DNA of 64,000 bases from Nitrosopumilus sp. (GTDB lineage Archaea; Thermoproteota; Nitrososphaeria; Nitrososphaerales; Nitrosopumilaceae), in assembly GCA_965223425.1 (NCBI GenBank), contig OZ245003.1, positions 1,152,001 through 1,216,000 of the forward strand, written 5' to 3'. Made by a program: the position numbers and the translations under genes. Below, piece by piece: positions 60,570 to 64,000 of this stretch (positions within the stretch are counted from its first letter, which is position 1; every line of letters begins with the position of its first letter). A model generated the notes under the pieces. The model was not told where the DNA came from, did not search any database, and worked only from the letters and a program-made list of their open reading frames with translations.

Positions 60570-62655
60570 TCACACACCATTATTAGAAATCCATTCTTCT
60601 TGTCTTAATGTGGATTGGTAACTAATTTCATTACCAGATTGACCAGATACCATTTTTTTGTCAACAGATCGGATTGTTGTATATGTATGGGTAAGTTCAA
60701 TACTCTCAACAAAACATCTATGAAATGTACATGTTTTAGAGTTGTTTCCATCCAACTCTAATTCATAATTCAGCGGTGAACCCAGCTTTAATATTGAATC
60801 ATAATGACTAAATAAATCCATGATATTTTCCTCTAAATCCTCAGAAATTTCTCTAATGTTTAATTTGAGAACTTCCTTAGCCTCTTTTTTACTGATCAAA
60901 TAATTATGTGAAAATCTTTCTTCTACCAAAATCTTAACAATACGTTTGAGGTCTTCATTGTTTTCTAAATGCCTTGAAAGCAACATTTCTGATAAAAATC
61001 TAATTTCAGCACGAGATCTATAGACCCTATCCGTTATTAACATAATTTTACCATTTTCCAGATATTTGTTCGCAACTAGATCCAAAACAGGCAAAATGCC
61101 ATGCATGTCATGTTAAACCACAAAAAGCTGGCAAAAAAACCAAAATTATTCCTGTCCATGACGGGAGTTACCCCCGGGCAGTTTTATGATCTGTGCCCGG
61201 AGATAGAGTCACAGTACAAGATAACGGAGGAAAGACGCCTCTCCAGGAATAACAGAATCCGAGACATCGGCGCAGGGCGCAGGTTCAAACACTGCCGCAG
61301 GGACAGAATCCTGATGGCACTGATCCACTACAGGACATACGTCACACAGGGTCTCCTGAGCCTGCTTTTTGACCTGAGCCAGTCAAATGTCAGCACCGGC
61401 ATACGATACATGGAGCCTGCCATAAAATCTGCACTGTCACTGCCTGACAAAAAGCTTGCAGAGACCAGACAGATATCAGACATTCGGGAGCTGGCATGCG
61501 CCTTTCCTGGGCTGCACGCAATCATTGACGCATCAGAGCAGCAGATTCAAAGGCCCAAGAACAAGTCCATGAGAAAAACACACTATTCGGGCAAAAAGAA
61601 GATGCATACGGTCAAGACACAGTACGTTGTAAACGCAGACGGCATGATTATGCACAGGACGCCGCACTCGCCTGGAAGCAGGCATGACTATTCTGTCTTC
61701 AAGTCAAAGTGCCCAAAACTTTCAAGAGATCTGAAAATCCTTGTGGATCTTGGATATCAGGGGATACGGAAGGACTATCCGGAGCTTGACGTGTTGATCC
61801 CGTACAAGAAGCCAAGGGGCGGCAAGCTTGATGATGCGCAGAAGGAATTCAACCGGGAGCTGTCCAGAGCAAGGGTACTGGTGGAGCATGTCATCTCAAG
61901 GATCAAGAAATTCGGCATAATGAGGGACAAGTTTAGGAACAGACTGTGCAGGTATGACTGCATCAATGCCATAATCTGCGGCCTGATCAACTACAAGCTG
62001 AAGACGCGCGATTTTGTTGTGATACCATGACGTAACAAGGAATCAGTTTGGTGAAACGTCAGGTTTTGTTAGTAATTACAGATCAGGTCTTATTAACAGC
62101 ACCAAGAACCAGAGGATGTATTTTTTCGGCTATAGATATAAAAATTTCAGTTAAATTGTCTTGTGTACTAATATTACATTGCGCTTTTGCCAAATCAAAA
62201 TAGCTCATGACATCCTCAACATTAACAGGAACCGATACAGGTACTGTTGGGTTTTGAGAAATGGGAACCGAAGGTGCAAGAGGATGTTGTGTAGAAGGAT
62301 CAACTGGACCTAGTTGAGCCATTTTAGACATCATTATTGAATTTCCGCCCAATGCCATCAGTGTGCCCGTACTAAGACATTTGTATGGAATAATAAAATG
62401 TAATTCTTTACAATGTTCTCTGATTAAATTAACTATGCCATATCCCGCAACAGTAATACCTCCTGGCGTATAGATGAATAATGATATCCTATCAGAATTA
62501 AATTTGGATATGTGTTTAGAAATAATTGGGATTACGTCATGTGATATTCTTGTTTCTAATCCTTGTCGATCACCTGTAAAATAAACTAAAACTTTTGAAT
62601 TTGTTTTCTCTTCAATCTGCTTAATTAATTTAATTCGTTCCTCTTTACTCAACAT
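60570..62655 (-). pseudogene. SDH-family ClpP-fold serine protease (337 aa reconstructed) split by an IS5 element
   Basis: SLFIYTPGG, CLSTGTLMALG, LGPVDP and FSHNYLIS..EA motifs. The empty site reads LGAVN-RSRAEIR in frame. Confidence 0.88.
61022..62090 (+). mobile_element. IS5-family (ISL2/DDE_Tnp_4-type) element, apparently intact transposase 61101-62030
   Basis: Imperfect TIRs AGACCCTATCCGTTATTA / AGACCTGATCTGTAATTA; TSD TAT; IIDASE, HDY, DLGYQG and RVLVEH motifs. Confidence 0.92.
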
Positions 62656-62752
62656 TTTAGCTGAAAAATATAAGGATATAAACCAATCTTGATTGCTAGG
62701 GTGGTTCCATATCTCAAGATTCTGTTCAATCAGAGTGATATAGGCCAATGGT

Positions 62753-63232
62753 ATGATTAACATTCATAAAACTAAGGAAGGAAAATCAGAAGAATATGAA
62801 TCCATATTACAACTCAATTTTGGAAATGTCATAAAAGAAATGCTAAATGTGTTTGACAATAAAGAAGAAAATATCTTTAATTATATGCTTCAAAATTTAA
62901 AACCAGTGAATTTTACTGAAAAAGAATTTGAAAACTGCCATATTATTCCAAATAACATTAAGCAAGAATTTACAAAAATTGCTCAACATACTAAGAGAAA
63001 AATAACGATTCCTAAAGAAGGTATTTCTGAGATTGATGAATCAAAAGCATGGATAAAGTGCAATGATGCGCAAGAAAAAACTGGAATGTCAGGTTTGGTT
63101 TATGATGATGAAAAATTGATAGGGTGTATCGTTGAGCATGAAGACAAATATGCATATTTTCCTTTGACGGCCTTGGAAAATTCAAACATGGCGAAGGTGT
63201 TGACTAAATTGATATCCGATAATTCTACTTGA
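62753..63232 (+). CDS. Hypothetical protein divergent from the SDH protease
   Basis: 159-aa AT-rich ORF with no motif recognised. Confidence 0.55.
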   Translation: MINIHKTKEGKSEEYESILQLNFGNVIKEMLNVFDNKEENIFNYMLQNLKPVNFTEKEFENCHIIPNNIKQEFTKIAQHTKRKITIPKEGISEIDESKAWIKCNDAQEKTGMSGLVYDDEKLIGCIVEHEDKYAYFPLTALENSNMAKVLTKLISDNST

Positions 63233-63337
63233 TCCTGACTTTTTGCTCGTAAAATATGCACAAATGTCAATACTTGAGTAGAGCCATCTTTGATAATAAG
63301 GCCTCAATAGAACCTGTAACAATCCCCCGTCTGTCAG

Positions 63338-63554
63338 CTAGAAAAAAGCGTCAGACTCAAGCTTTGACTCGTATCTTTTTATGTTCTTTTCAAGTTTTGA
63401 TCTTTTCCGTTTAAGATGCTTTAGATCTAGTCGCCGCCTTTTTGCGTGATTATGAATACTTGATGTTGTTACAGATAACATCTGCTCTTTTTCTGTTCTT
63501 GCTGTGTTTTTGATAGTAATACCTATTTCCAGTTATGGTTTTGATGATGCTCAT
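63338..63554 (-). pseudogene. Frameshifted homolog of the 24789-25031 accessory protein
   Basis: MSIIKTITGNRYYYQ...KKSRCYL, then in another frame ...LDLKHLKRKRSKLEKNIKRYESKL. Confidence 0.5.
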
Positions 63555-63586
63555 TACACATTTCTCCATCAAAGATTTTCTAAGGA

Positions 63587-64000
63587 TCATTTTTCAATCC
63601 AATCCAAATCTACAAACATTATATCAGTTGAATTATCTGTATGAGGAATGTGCACAAATCCTCTGCGTACATACCAATCCACTACATCAGATTCGGGATT
63701 CAACATTACAATTCTACAACCAATGTCTTTGGAATATTTTTTTGCTTCGTTGATAGCATGTTGGATCATTGCCTGTCCTACCCCAGATCTCTCAAAATCA
63801 GCATGTGTTGCCAGTTGTCCTATCAATAAAGCCGGAATGTTGCTATGTGGAAAAGCTTCTAGTTTGGCATGTTCTTTTTTATTCGTGTCTGCCATCGCAA
63901 TCGTGATGAATCCTATTACGTGATTTTCGTACTGAAAGACCCAAGTCTTGCCGATTCTGGCTTTTTGATCTTGGAATGAAGTGGTTTGCAAGTACGTGAC
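63587..64000 (-). CDS. GNAT acetyltransferase, AtaT/TacT toxin-like (5'-partial)
   Basis: IGFITI, IPALLIGQLATHADFERSGVG and IGCRIV...VDWYVRRGF motifs; similar to 30016-30525. Confidence 0.82.
   Translation of the reverse strand, partial: VTYLQTTSFQDQKARIGKTWVFQYENHVIGFITIAMADTNKKEHAKLEAFPHSNIPALLIGQLATHADFERSGVGQAMIQHAINEAKKYSKDIGCRIVMLNPESDVVDWYVRRGFVHIPHTDNSTDIMFVDLDWIEK

Overview
Chromosomal segment of an ammonia-oxidising archaeon (Nitrosopumilaceae-like, judged from gene content and protein style). The heavy IS load and a giant substrate-binding protein suggest a host-associated lineage such as a sponge symbiont (inference). The AT-rich core holds meaB-mcm-mce, ppdK, tpiA, polB, a Hef-like helicase, alba, rpoK, rps25e, thrS, speB, rps26e and an NAD kinase. 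It is interrupted by visibly GC-richer, often nested IS110, IS630, IS5, ISH3 and IS6-like elements plus MITEs. Reading element ends and target duplications by hand gave five main results. (1) A family of IS6-like cargo transposons shares GGTTCTGTCAAGTTA-type TIRs and 8-bp TSDs and carries toxin-antitoxin and MTase-HNH genes. (2) A frameshifted IS110 has moved twice inside IS66-like ends with 8-bp TSDs. (3) An IS630 duplicates CG/CA rather than TA. (4) Two divergent SDH/ClpP-fold proteases are each paired with an unannotated small peptide ending in a similar II(S/T)...A tail. (5) A 2325-aa multi-domain solute-binding protein has a Cache domain inserted in it. No rRNA, tRNA or true CRISPR array was recognised. 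All family assignments come from motif recognition by eye, not database searches.
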